Origin: Macrostomum hystrix
Lineage: Eukaryota; Animalia; Platyhelminthes
Reading direction: 5' to 3'
NCBI GenBank assembly: GCA_950097015.1
Contig: CATNEN010000011.1
Location: 3,968,001 to 4,032,000 of the forward strand
DNA length: 64,000 bases
Both the position numbers and the translations under genes were made by a program. Shown here in pieces: positions 1 through 13,774 of the stretch (the first letter of the stretch is position 1; each line of letters opens with the position of its first letter). The notes under the pieces were generated by a model, which was not told the DNA's origin, did not search any database, and was given only the letters and a program-made list of their open reading frames with translations.

Positions 1-36
1 GAGCCCCAAAGAATACAAAAGTCTCTAACGCTGGCA

Positions 37-3000
37 TGGCAACAGCGAGGGTCGCGCCTCAACCAACGGGCCTGTCATCCGACTCCGAATCTGCTCATTG
101 GGAACAGCTCTCTGCGGTGCAGTACTTTTACCTTTTTAGACCTGAATTGATAGAATAATATCTGACTGTTGATTTATTTGAATTCCAGAGCGCAGCCAGA
201 GAGTTTCAACGCAGGCTGAGACAGTCGCCGCATCAGAACATTGTTGACATTTTCAAATGCGGCGTCAGAACCTCCGGTTCGAGACCCTGCCTCGGCTGGC
301 GACGTGACGCTCGGTCGCCATTCACCTGGCTCAGCTATCAGGAGGTGAATCTTTTATGCTCGTTGGCAGTCTTGGAAGTGCTGTGGGGTGGTGGGTGCTA
401 TTGGGTGGTTGGAGCTGTGGGGTGGTTGGTGCTGTGAGGTGGTTGGTGCTATGGGGTGGTTGGTGCTATGGGGTGGTTGGTGCTATGGGGTGGTTGGTGT
501 TATGGGGTGGTTGGTGCTATGGGGTGGTTGGTGCTATAGGGTGGTTGGTGCTATGGGGTGGTTGGAGCTGTCGGGTGGTTGGTGCTGTGGGGTGGTGGGG
601 CCATACAGTGGCTTATGCTGTGGGGTGGTTGGTGCCACGGAGTGGCTGACGCTGTGGGGTGATTGATGCAGTGGTGGTGGGTGCTGAAGGGTGGTTAGTG
701 CTGTGGGGTGGTGGGGCCATACAGTGGCTTATGCTGTGGGGAGGTTGTTTCTGTGGGGTGGTGGTTGCTTTGGGGTGGTTGATGCTAAACTAATTTGTTG
801 AATATAAACTTATATTCTGTTGAGCCTTTTAAAATATCGGCTCGAGCCGTAACATAACAAATATCTTATGTCATACATTGTCTGACATAAGATCTAAAAT
901 AAAAAAAACTATTAACATTTAAACTTTTCTATTTACGAACATTTTTCCGCTATAACCGCAGCTTTTCAACAAGCCTTGTAATATAATTTTTTGTTCTATT
1001 TTTAGAACAAGTCACGGTCATACGTCACGCGATAATGACGTGCTGAAAGTGAATACACGATTCTATTTTTAGCTCATCGATCAAATTCAAGGTCAGTCGA
1101 CGCGTGGTAGAAAATAATGACCGATTTTACTTCTTTCTTAGAATTCTAGTTTATTTGACCCGCGATGCTTCGTGACGAAATTGGGGAGTGTCTAAAAGTA
1201 CAACTCTTCATCTCAAAATATCTGACTACTTCTGACGTGCTGATCTCGAGCAAAAGAGCTTCCAATATCATGCTTAGGCAAGCACGCGGTGCATCATATT
1301 ATGTTACAAAGAAACTTCACGCAGCCGCTACACCGAATAATCTCAAAGGTGCTCAGCCAGGCGCACAGCTTCGGCTCTTACCTGTGCGGTGGCCGGCCGC
1401 GACTCAGCGTGGGCGATCGAGTGGCCATCTTGGCCAACAGAAATCGACCCGAGTGGTCCATAGCCGAGCTCGGCTGCGCCCTGTTCAGCTTGGTTCCCGT
1501 GGCCGTTGTCGAGTGTCCTTCGCTGGCTTCGGGAGACTCATCCACAATGGAGGAATCGTCGCAGCAGCTCGCAGAGCTAGACCGCGCCATCCTAGCAGTC
1601 GGTGGAGTGTCAGCGGTCCTGTTGCTCTGCGACTCGGACGCCAGCGTGCAGCTGAGACGCCTGGCAGCCACGCGCAGTCGAAGCCGCGGCACCGGCCTAC
1701 GCGCTGTCATCGTGTCCACCCAGAAAGGCGACTTTGGCGAGGCGCTGATGTCAAACAATGCGGCGATTGGCGTTGACACTGACGAAGCTGAGGTGGACGG
1801 ATTGGCTGTCATCGACTGGCAGACCGCCCTGCGGCTGGGCAGATCGGCGCCGCTGACACCGGAGCCGGCTGGCCGGGAAGACCTGGCGGCCATCTGCTTC
1901 ACTGGTGGCACGTGCGGTGAGCGACTGACAGGTTTTCTGGCCCTCCTCTGACTCGCAACTGTCCCGATGTCGCAGTAATACAATTTAATAATATTCGCTC
2001 TAGGGTTGAGGGCACAGGGTCATCGCAGCCTTTCTCAAGGCTTGTGTGGCATATCGCAGCGAGCTCAGTGAGAGCTCTGCCACTCACCCCCATCTCCAGA
2101 CCCATCTGAACATATCATCTTCCTACTACACTTCTACAGCCGATTTATCATCCGTGTAAATAGCAGACAGAGTAATATATGCACGGAGGCCAAACGTGAT
2201 TTATATAAATGTATTTTATCGCTTCCAGACAAAAATAGTTGTAGTGCACAATGTCACACTCGAGCAGAATACTTCATGAGTGTTTATCAAGGCGATAATC
2301 AGCAACAAACATTTTGTTTAACTAGACAAAGGTTTGGCAAGCAATGAAATAAAAATAAAATTTTATCTTTGTCGGTTGATCAGTTAAGAATTTATTAAAT
2401 TCTGTCTTTAATTCAAATTTAAGATGACAAATAAATGATATAGATCGTCGATAAAAATTCAGAACATTTTAGATAAACCGGAAAGTTTTGCAGTTCACTG
2501 ACCTGAACGTTCTGGAAGGAACGGATTTGCTTAAAAATAGATTTCAAATTGCTTAGAAAGCAGGGAATCAGAATTCAGTTTTCAGGACTTTCACTAAATT
2601 TAATGTACGGGAAAGATTTAACTACCCCTGGGGGGAGACCCCCAGGGAATACGGGAATACGGGACTGAGCAATCTTTGGCTACAATTTTATTTCTCCCTC
2701 GAGGCAGTTTGAGGAGAAAATTCAACCAATCTTTTCCTAAAGAATTCATTTTTGTAATGTCTAACCGCACACACTCACTCACGCTCCTTTTGAGCAGGTG
2801 CTCAGAAAGTGGTTCGACTCAGGCAGAGGAATTTACTGGCCCAATGGATGGCGATGTGTGACTGTCTCACCGGCGGATGGTCTCAAGGCAGCGAAAAGGT
2901 GAGCCCGTGCAATGATGGGACGGGAATTTTTCAGGAAAAATCCATTCCAATGTGTGGTTGCTATGGCAACAATTGTTCCTTTGTTCTACTGCGATATCAG

Positions 3001-6000
3001 GAGAGAAGCATTTTCAGCTATTTGAACTTTCTCATCCTAGACGGCAGTGTTTTGTAGATGTCTGTAAGTTTTAGCACGATTAAGATGGAATATCGAATGT
3101 AAAATTGGTTGACCAGAGAGGTTTCCGAGGGTAATGATGGTGTACGCACCCTGTGAAAGCAGGCTTAGGGATATTGACTTGAGGTATTGACCAATCCTGA
3201 GCACACAAAAGTGACAAGGCAAGTTCTCTAAAAGACAAGGTGTCAAAATTACAGAGAAAAGGCAGATATTTAACAGCAGAAGGACTGCGGGGTACTCCAA
3301 ATATCCACATTTTATCTGCCTGTACCTCCCAACATATTCGCTCTATCCGATAAAACAGCTTACTGAATAACGAAACGTCGACATCGTCGAGATATTCAGC
3401 GGTTATCGTCAGATGTCGGGTGCCAAAAACAGAAAATATTGTTCACTATACTGTATCGATTATAACTTTCAATTATGTGTACAGGTTTATACAAAGCAAT
3501 TATGTTCGTTGTCCTCGTGAGCATGTTCTTCGACAAGAATCGTTGAATATCCCGACAATGCCGAAGTCGGACGGCTTCGAAAGTGAATTCATCTGGTGGA
3601 CTTTCACGATAATCCGTTTGGGAAGTTGCGTAGCTGTTTTACTGTTAAGCGAAAAAAATTATTTTGATTTCAGTGGAATTAAAAAATATTTTCTCTGACG
3701 ATCACAGCACAAAGGAAAACACGAAATAACACTTTTGCACGGGAAAAGAAGGATTTAAAATGATTAATTTTCTAATCAGAAAATTTTCTGTGTCAAAAAT
3801 TTTCACAACATTTGCATATTGTTTTTGTCGAATATTTGATTGGATCAGAAGTAATGGGGCTAGTTTATCCCTAAATCCCATGCTCTGGCGGTTCCGGAGT
3901 TTAATCAGATTAAAGTGCAGTATTCAGGTAGGGAATTGTTGGCCATTTTTATCCTATATTGGTGCGTGCTTGAGGACATCTTTCATCGAGTCGGATTTTC
4001 CCCCCGAAACTGGCGGGAATTTCGTCTGCTTCACCAATTATCCACGATCTCTATCCTCTACTTTGCTCCCGTTCCCTTTGCCGTTTATATTTCTCTGGCT
4101 AGTTCACTTTACAGCTGACCGATCTCTGTCTTTTTTATTTTTATTGCACTTTCTATCATACTATCTTGCTTTCTTCTGTATTCCTATCTTTCTTTCCATC
4201 TTTCTTTCATTCTTACTTTCTCTCTTTCTATTTTTGGATAATTCAATCTTTCTGTCTTTCTATCTTTCTATCATTCTATCTTTCTATCATTCTATCTTTC
4301 TTTCTATCATTCTATCTTTCTTTCTTTCTATCATTCTATCATTCTATCTTTCTTTCTTTCTTTCTTTCTATCATTCTATCATTCTATCATTCTATCATTC
4401 TATCATTCTATCATTCTATCATTCTATCTTTCTATCTTTCTTTCTTTCTTTCTATCATTCTATCTTTCTTTCTTTCTATCATTCTATCATTCTATCTTTC
4501 TTTCTTTCTTTCTTTCTATCATTCTATCATTCTATCATTCTATCATTCTATCATTCTATCTTTCTATCTTTCTTTCTTTCTTTCTTTCTATCATTCTATC
4601 ATTCTATCATTCTATCATTCTATCATTCTATCTTTCTATCATTCTATCTTTCTATCATTCTATCTTTCTATCATTCTATCTTTCTTTCTTTCTTTCTTTC
4701 TATCATTCTATCATTCTATCATTCTATCTTTCTATCATTCTATCATTCTATCATTCTATCTTTCTATCATTCTATCTTTCTATCATTCTATCTTTCTATC
4801 ATTCTATCTTTCTATCATTCTATCATTCCATCATTCTATCATTCTATCATTCTATCATTCTATCATTCTATCTTTCTTTCTGTCCTTTCCTCCTTCTTTC
4901 CGTAGAATGTACCGAGCAAAAGTACAATGTGTTTCTTTCATTCCTCTGAGCCCCGGTTTCCTCTAAGCCACTCCAACAGGTGCAGTTTAAGGCAGAAAAT
5001 ATTTACGCCCTACGCGAATGCCGGAATTCGCGAAGCTTACCTGAGAATTAGGCTGGGAAAATCTTTTTAAAAGACGCTCAACCCCACCTGACTGCATGCG
5101 ATTTCATAGAAAACGTTTTGCTTTCTTCTTCGCAAACGGATCGCAAATCTACGAATCTAAATAAAGAGATGAGAATCGTTAATAATCTGCTGTTACACAA
5201 TTAAAAAGCTGATGAAAGGCCTTAGCATTCTAGTACGAATAACAATTAGTCGACTTTCAGCGAGTTAAAGGCTTCGTTGAACGTCTTACAGCTCAGTCTG
5301 ACATGTTACAGCTCAGTCTGACATGTTAACAGCTCAGTCTAACATGTTACAGCTCAGTCTGACATGTTACAGCTCTGTCTGAGATGTTACAGCTCTGTCT
5401 GACATGTTACAGCTCTGTCTGACATGTTACAGCTCTGTCTGACATGTTACAGCTCTGTCTGAAATGTTACAGCTCTGTCTAACATGTTACAGCTCAGTCT
5501 GACATGTTACAGCTCAGTCTGACATATTACAGCTCAGTCTAACATGTTACAGCTCAGTCTAACATGTTACAGCTCTGTCTGACATGTTACAGCTCTGTCT
5601 GACATGTTACAGCTCAGTCTGACATGTTAACAGCTCAGTCTAACATGTTACAGCTCAGTCTGACATGTTACAGCTCTGTCTGAGATGTTACAGCTCTGTC
5701 TGACATGTTACAGCTCTGTCTGACATGTTACAGCTCTGTCTGACATGTTACAGCTCTGTCTGAAATGTTACAGCTCTGTCTAACATGTTACAGCTCAGTC
5801 TGACATGTTACAGCTCAGTCTGACATGTTACAGCTCAGTCTAACATGTTACAGCTCAGTCTAACATGTTACAGCTCTGTCTGACATGTTACAGCTCTGTC
5901 TGACATGTTACAGCTCTGTCTGAAATGTTACAGCTCTGTCTAACATGTTACAGCTCAGTCTGACATGTTACAGCTCAGTCTGACATGTTACAGCTCAGTC

Positions 6001-9000
6001 TGACATGTTACAGCTCAGTCTAACATGTTACAGCTCAGTCTAACATGTTACAGCTCTGTCTAACACGTTACAGCTCTGTATAGCATGTTACAGCTCAGTC
6101 TGACATGTTACAGCTCAGTCTAATACGTTACAGCTCTGTCTAACATGTTACAGCTCTGTCTAACACGTTACAGCTCTGTATAGCATGTTACAGCTCAGTC
6201 TGACATGTTACAGCTCTGTCTAACACGTTACAGCTCTGTATAGCATGTTACAGCTCAGTCTGACATGTTACAGCTCAGTCTAATACGTTACAGCTCTGTC
6301 TAACATGTTACAGCTCTGTCTAACACGTTACAGCTCTGTATAGCATGTTACAGCTCAGTCTGACATGTTACAGCTCTGTCTAACACGTTACAGCTCTGTA
6401 TAGCATGTTACAGCTCAGTCTGACATGTTACAGCTCAGTCTAATACGTTACAGCTCTGTCTAACATGTTACAGCTCTGTCTAACACGTTACAGCTCTGTC
6501 TAACATGTTACAGCTCTGTCTAACACGTTACAGCTCTGTATAGCATGTTGCAGCTCAGTCTGACATGTTACAGCTCAGTCTAATACGTTACAGCTCTGTC
6601 TAACATGTTACAGCTCTGTCTAACACGTTACAGCTCTGTATAGCATGTTACAGCTCAGTCTGACATGTTACAGCTCTGTCTAACACGTTACAGCTCTGTA
6701 TAGCATGTTACAGCTCAGTCTGACATGTTACAGCTCTGTCTAACACGTTACAGCTCTGTCTAACACGTTACAGCTCTGTCTAACACGTTACAGCTCTGTA
6801 TAGCATGTTACAGCTCAGTCTGACATGTTACAGCTCAGTCTAATACGTTACAGCTCTGTCTAACATGTTACAGCTCTGTCTAACACGTTACAGCTCTGTA
6901 TAGCATGTTACAGCTCAGTCTGACATGTTACAGCTCTGTCTAACACGTTACAGCTCTGTATAGCATGTTACAGCTCAGTCTGACATGTTACAGCTCAGTC
7001 TAATACGTTACAGCTCTGTCTAACATGTTACAGCTCTGTCTAACACGTTACAGCTCTGTATAGCATGTTACAGCTCAGTCTGACATGTTACAGCTCTGTC
7101 TAACACGTTACAGCTCTGTCTAACACGTTACAGCTCTGTCTAACACGTTACAGCTCTGTATAGCATGTTACAGCTCAGTCTGACATGTTACAGCTCTGTC
7201 TAACACGTTACAGCTCTGTATAGCATGTTACAGCTCAGTCTGACATGTTACAGCTCAGTCTAATACGTTACAGCTCTGTCTAACATGTTACAGCTCTGTC
7301 TAACACGTTACAGCTCTGTCTAACATGTTACAGCTCTGTCTAACACGTTACAGCTCTGTATAGCATGTTACAGCTCAGTCTGACATGTTACAGCTCAGTC
7401 TAATACGTTACAGCTCTGTCTAACATGTTACAGCTCTGTCTAACACGTTACAGCTCTGTATAGCATGTTACAGCTCAGTCTGACATGTTACAGCTCTGTC
7501 TAACACGTTACAGCTCTGTATAGCATGTTACAGCTCAGTCTGACATGTTACAGCTCAGTCTAATACGTTACAGCTCTGTCTAACATGTTACAGCTCTGTC
7601 TAACACGTTACAGCTCTGTATAGCATGTTACAGCTCAGTCTGACATGTTACAGCTCTGTCTAACACGTTACAGCTCTGTCTAACACGTTACAGCTCTGTC
7701 TAACACGTTACAGCTCTGTATAGCATGTTACAGCTCAGTCTGACATGTTACAGCTCTGTCTAACACGTTACAGCTCTGTATAGCATGTTACAGCTCAGTC
7801 TGACATGTTACAGCTCTGTCTAACACGTTACAGCTCTGTCTAACACGTTACAGCTCTGTCTAACACGTTACAGCTCTGTATAGCATGTTACAGCTCAGTC
7901 TGACATGTTACAGCTCAGTCTAATACGTTACAGCTCTGTCTAACATGTTACAGCTCTGTCTAACACGTTACAGCTCTGTATAGCATGTTACAGCTCAGTC
8001 TGACATGTTACAGCTCTGTCTAACACGTTACAGCTCTGTATAGCATGTTACAGCTCAGTCTGACATGTTACAGCTCAGTCTAATACGTTACAGCTCTGTC
8101 TAACATGTTACAGCTCTGTCTAACACGTTACAGCTCTGTATAGCATGTTACAGCTCAGTCTGACATGTTACAGCTCTGTCTAACACGTTACAGCTCAGTC
8201 TGACACGTTACAGCGCAGTCTGACATGTCTAGAACTTTTTCTTTTGCAGAGTTCTCTTCTACCCTCGAGCGAGGATTTGCACCTGAGCCACCTGCCGATG
8301 TCCCAAGCGTTCGCACGCAGCCTCCTGCTGATGTGCTACTCGCAAGGTGTCCGGGTCGGTTTCTGCCATAGCAACATTGACGAAGCTGGCGATATTCAGC
8401 CGCTGATGGACGACCTGCGGGAGCTGCGGCCGACCCTGCTGTTCACACGGCCAGCTGTGCTCAAGCTGCTCAAGATTTGGTCCGCTGAGTCCGCCAATTC
8501 TCAGGTGGGATTTTTCTGGAAGAATACATGGGATAATAACAACAATAATATTGGCTCCTTTAATGCGGACACAGACTGGAACCTGACCCACCCACCGCTT
8601 CCAGGGCTGCTTCAAAGGACTGATCTACCGTTTAGTCGTGGCTAAACAAGTCGCTGCCAGAGCTTCCAGAACGCCGACATGTTCAACCGACGGCTTCTGG
8701 AATCAGCTGGCTTTTGAGCATCTTCGAGCAGCTACGGGGGGCCGGCTTAGGCTGACGCTGGTGGTCGCCGACCCGTTGCTAGCCGGACTGAGGAGATTCG
8801 TTGAGCTCGCCCTGAACTGCCCGGTCCTGCCTGTCTATGGCCTGGTCGAGACCGCCGGACCGTGCATTGTGAACGGCCGGCTGCTGGGCCATCTGGAAGT
8901 CAGGCTCAACGGAATCCCATCGACTCAAACCAACGACTCCGCCAGCTTAGTGCCGACTCCCAAGGAGCTCTGGCTGCGTGGTCCAGCCGTGGCCACAGTC

Positions 9001-12000
9001 AGCGACATTCACGAAGACGAAGACGACCGCCAGGCGGATGTTGTTGTCAATTTTAACAACGACGACGAGGATGACGTATACAGCTCGTGGTTGGACTCCG
9101 GCGACATCGCCGAGTGGACGGCGGAGGGCGGCCTGGCGATTGTGGACCGGAGGAAGCACATGTTCCGCCTGGCCTGCGGAGAATGGATCTCGCCTGACAA
9201 GCTGGAACAGGTGCTGTCGTGTGCTGTTTGTAGCTTTCTTCTGTCTAACACTGTGGTGACACATAACTCATCTGTTAGACAAGAGAACTCACCTGTTAGA
9301 CAAGAGAACTCACCTGTTAGACAAGAGAACTCACCTGTTAGACATGAGAACTCACCTGTTAGACAAGAGAACTCATCTGTTAGACAAGAGAACTCATCTG
9401 CTAGACAAGATAACTCACCTGTTAGACATGAGAACTCACCTGTTAGACAAGAGAACTCACCTGTTAGACAAGAGAACTCACCTGCTAGACAAGAGAACTG
9501 AAAAATCGTTCAATTAAGTTTGTTAAAAACTGTTTAATTCGATCTGGTGAAACAGCTAGCCCAGTTTAATCAGACTTCAAATTAACAGTTTTATATCTTC
9601 CCACTAGCTTGAAAAATTTTTATTATTAAACAAGAAAATAATACATTTAAGTGCGAGACACGCATGTTGACTCACCACCGATGAGTATAAAAAACAGACC
9701 CAACCCTGGCTTGCTCAAGGATGTGTTCTTTAAGTCAACTAACTGTCAGTAAAGCATGCCTATCCTTACAATAAAATGTAAATATAGCTTTGAGCACGAT
9801 TCTTCGAGTAGCAAGCTGCACTAGAGTCTAGCATTACTTTCCCTAGCGCAACGAAGTACCCAAAATACGAGCTAAGGACAGGTATTTTGTTTATTTATCT
9901 TGCGTTTTTTTACCTCGCCGTCTTTTAATGTACTAAAGTATTAAAGTATTAAAGTACTAAAGTACTGAAGTACTAAAGTACTGAAGTACTAAAGTACTGA
10001 AGTACTAAAGTACTGAAGTACTAAAGTACTGAAGTACTAAAGTACTGAAGTACTAAAGTACTGAAGTACAAAAGTACTGAAGTACAAAAGTACTGAAGTA
10101 CTAAAGTAATGAAGTACTAAAGTACTGAAGTACTAAAGTACGTACGAAAGTATTTGATATTTTGCAAGCTCATGTTAGCATAAAACTTACAAGTACACAT
10201 CAGTAGTATAAACTACCAGAACTCTGCCTCAGAGATATCCGCGGAAATTCCGTGGAGCACTACTGTTTAAACATAGGCCAGAGGTCGGCAAACTAAGTAG
10301 CTAGCGGACCAAAGCGAGAATCTAAAAGACGACAGCGGGCCACATTGACTGTAGAAATAGGAGACATGGGAGAATTGAGACACGGGGCTGAAACAAGGGC
10401 GCTATGATCGCACACTAGTGCCCCACGGAATTTCAAATGCAATTTTTGATTGCATCACGCCTCAGGTGTACTCTACCTGCAGTTTGGTTCGCCAGGCCTA
10501 CGTTGATGGCGACTCAATGGAGACCTTCGCCTTGGCAGTGGTGGTGCCTCATCGCGACGCTGCTCTGGCATGGCTCAACGCCAGGCGACATGCCGGCGGG
10601 TCTGGCCCTGGCAGTAGTCGTCAGCTGACTGCCCAGCAGGCGGCGACAAACTTTGAGGCGGTCTGCAGCAGCGAGGACTTCAAAGCCGCTGTGCTTCGGC
10701 AGATGCTGGATTCTGGACGAGCCGTTAGACTGAGGCCTTTTGAGCAGGTGAGCGGCTGCTGACAGTTAACTGACATGACTGACAGCTTGCTAATTAGCTG
10801 ACATGACTGACAGCTGACAGTGAACTGACATAACTGACAGCTTACTGATTAACTGAAATGACTGACAGCTTACTGATTAACTGACATGACTGACAGCTTA
10901 CTGATTAACTGACATGACTGACAGCTTACTGATTAACTGACATGACTGACAGCTTACTGATTAACTGACATGACTGACAGCTTACTGATTAACTGACATG
11001 ACTGACAGCTGACAGTTAAATGACATGACTAACAGCTTGCTAATTAACTGACATGACTGACAGCTGACAGTTAACTGACATGACTGACAGCTTAATAATT
11101 AACTGACATGACTGACAGCTTGCTAATTAACTGACATGACTGACAGCTTGCTAATTAACTGACATGACTGACAACTTAATAACTAACTGACATGACTGAC
11201 AGCTGACAGTTAACTGACATGACTGACAGCTTACTGATTAACTGACATGACTGACAGCTTAATAATTAACTGACATGACTGACAGCTTGCTAATTAACTG
11301 ACATGACTGACAGCTTACTAATTAACTGACATGACTGACAGCTTACTAATTAACTGACATGACTGATAGCTTACTAATTAACTGACATGACTGACAACTT
11401 AATAATTAACTGACATGACTGACAGCTGACAGTTAACTGACATGACTGACAGCTTACTGATTAACTGACATGACTGACAGCTTAATAATTAACTGACATG
11501 ACTGACAGCTTGCTAATTAACTGACATGACTGACAGCTTACTGATTAACTGACATGACTGACAGCTTACTGATTAACTGACATGACTGACAGCTTGCTAA
11601 TTAACTGACATGACTGACAGCTTACTGATTAACTGACATGACTGACAGCTTACTAATTAACTGACATGACTGACAGCTTACTGATTAACTGACATGACTG
11701 ACAGCTTACTGATTAACTGACATGACTGACAGCTTACTAATTAACTGACATGACTGACAGCTTGCTAATTAACTGACATGACTGACAGCTTACTGATTAA
11801 CTGACATGACTGACAGCTTACTAATTAACTGACATGACTGACAGCTTGCTAATTAACTGACATGACTGACAACTTAATAATTAACTGACATGACTGACAG
11901 CTGACAGTTAACTGACATGACTGACAGCTTACTGATTAACTGACATGACTGACAGCTTAATAATTAACTGACATGACTGACAGCTTGCTAATTAACTGAC

Positions 12001-13429
12001 ATGACTGACAGCTTACTAATTAACTGACATGACTGACAGCTTACTAATTAACTGACATGACTGATAGCTTACTAATTAACTGACATGACTGACAACTTAA
12101 TAATTAACTGACATGACTGACAGCTGACAGTTAACTGACATGACTGACAGCTTACTGATTAACTGACATGACTGACAGCTTAATAATTAACTGACATGAC
12201 TGACAGCTTGCTAATTAACTGACATGACTGACAGCTTACTAATTAACTGACATGACTGACAGCTTACTGATTAACTGACATGACTGACAGCTTGCTAATT
12301 AACTGACATGACTGACAGCTTACTGATTAACTGACATGACTGACAGCTTACTAATTAACTGACATGACTGACAGCTTACTGATTAACTGACATGACTGAC
12401 AGCTTACTGATTAACTGACATGACTGACAGCTTACTAATTAACTGACATGACTGACAGCTTGCTAATTAACTGACATGACTGACAGCTTACTGATTAACT
12501 GACATGACTGACAGCTTACTAATTAACTGACATGACTGACAGCTTACTGATTAACTGACATGACTGATAGCTTACTAATTAACTGACATGACTGACAGCT
12601 TACTGATTAACTGACATGACTGATAGCTTACTAATTAACTGACATGACTGATAGCTTACTGATTAACTGACATGACTGACAGCTTACTAATTAACTGACA
12701 TGACTGACAGCTTACTAATTAACTGACATGACTGACAGCTTACTGATTAACTGACATGACTGACAGCTTACTAATTAACTGACATGACTGACAGCTTACT
12801 AATTAACTGACATGACTGACAGCTTACTGATTAACTGACATGACTGACAGCTTACTAATTAACTGACATGACTGACAGCTTACTAATTAACTGACATGAC
12901 TGATAGCTTACTAATTAACTGACATGACTGATAGCTTACTGATTAACTGACATGACTGACAGCTTACTAATTAACTGACATGACTGACAGCTTACTGATT
13001 AACTGACATGACTGACAGCTTACTGATTAACTGACATGACTGACAGCTTACTAATAAACTGACACACATATGCCTGCAGACTATACTTATATTAAAAAAT
13101 GGATTGCCACAGACCTTACACCTTATGAGTAATCTGAGAATCACACACAGACGCATGTCTATCTAGTCTTTGAGTTGCTTTACTTGTTTTTCGCATCGAA
13201 AATCGAAAAAGTCCAACATATTACTCGCCCCAACCTGTAACAGTACCCCATCCATCGGTATGTCGTCAACCCGCAGGTGAAGGATATTCTGCTCTATCCG
13301 ATGCCATTCTCAATAGAAAACGGTTGTCTAACACCCAGCGGAAAATTGAGACGCTTGGAACTCAGAAGACAATTCTGGGAGCAGTTCAACAGAATGTACT
13401 ACGATTTGAGGCACGCAGCCAGGTCTTAA
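37..13429 (+). CDS. Long-chain fatty acyl-CoA ligase (ACSL-like), divergent; 8 exons
   Basis: Phase-consistent GT-AG exons: 37-117 (tentative first exon), 189-344, 1349-1916, 2798-2898, 8250-8504, 8605-9210, 10466-10747, 13277-13429. The spliced protein shows ACSL landmarks in order: PCLGWR..PFTWLSYQEV, GDRVAILANRNRPEW, DLAAICFTGGTCGAQKVV, DLHLSHLPMSQAFAR, GGRLRL, VYGLVETAGP, WLDSGDI, IVDRRKHMFRLACGEWISPDKLEQVY, FSIENGCLTPSGKLRR. Confidence 0.9.
379..780. repeat. G/T-rich ~20-bp minisatellite (ggggtggttggtgctat-like) in an ACSL intron
   Basis: Direct tandem reiteration starting about 35 nt after the donor at 345. It explains ORFs 356..649 and 388..666. Confidence 0.9.
4170..4882. repeat. Compound microsatellite (TTCT)n/(ATCATTCT)n
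   Basis: Seen directly. It explains the low-complexity ORFs 3760..4905 and 4166..4966. Confidence 0.95.
5283..8228. repeat. 20-bp minisatellite (acagctc[at]gtct[ag]acatgtt), about 145 units, with higher-order structure
   Basis: Direct tandem repeat filling most of the ACSL intron 2899-8249. It ends about 20 nt before the acceptor. Confidence 0.97.
9268..9498. repeat. 21-bp minisatellite (agacaagagaactcacctgtt)
   Basis: About 11 tandem units in the intron after the donor at 9211. It yields the RQENSPV tail of ORF 8638..9501. Confidence 0.95.
9935..10140. repeat. 8-bp alternating repeat (aagtacta/aagtactg)
   Basis: Seen directly. Each unit contains the palindrome AGTACT. Confidence 0.95.
10279..10294 (+). 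mobile_element. Possible hAT-type terminal inverted repeat fragment
   Basis: cagaggtcggcaaact resembles the CAGGGGTCGGCAAAC-type ends of hAT elements. I found no partner TIR. Confidence 0.25.
10760..13045. repeat. 28-bp minisatellite (gactgacagcttact[ag]attaactgacat), about 80 units
   Basis: Direct tandem repeat beginning about 13 nt after the donor at 10748 and filling most of the last ACSL intron. Confidence 0.97.
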
Positions 13430-13774
13430 AAGTACATGATAGTCGCGAACTATATGGACGCCGCACAATGTAAAGAGTCTATCTAAGTTTCTTGGCTTTG
13501 AATGTGACTAAATATATGTGAACTATGCAACTAAAACTTCTTAACAGTGCTGAAAACTAGCTAACTGATCTATTTCTGAGCTAAAACTTTTCAACGTTTT
13601 CCCTTCTTTTAAATTAATCGAATCTACAATAAGTCAGAAAGCAAAGCGAACTTAACTTTAAACAAACACGGGCTAATGTACAATAATTAGACTACTGTTA
13701 GTAGTCGAAAGTGCTAAATATGCGGTTAAATGTACGCGACCCATAAAACGACCCATTGAATGACCTACGTCGTA

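Noticed and set aside
9211-9501. RQENSPV-repeat C-terminus of ORF 8638..9501
   Set aside because: It is intron read-through past the donor at 9211. ACSL homology resumes in phase at 10466.
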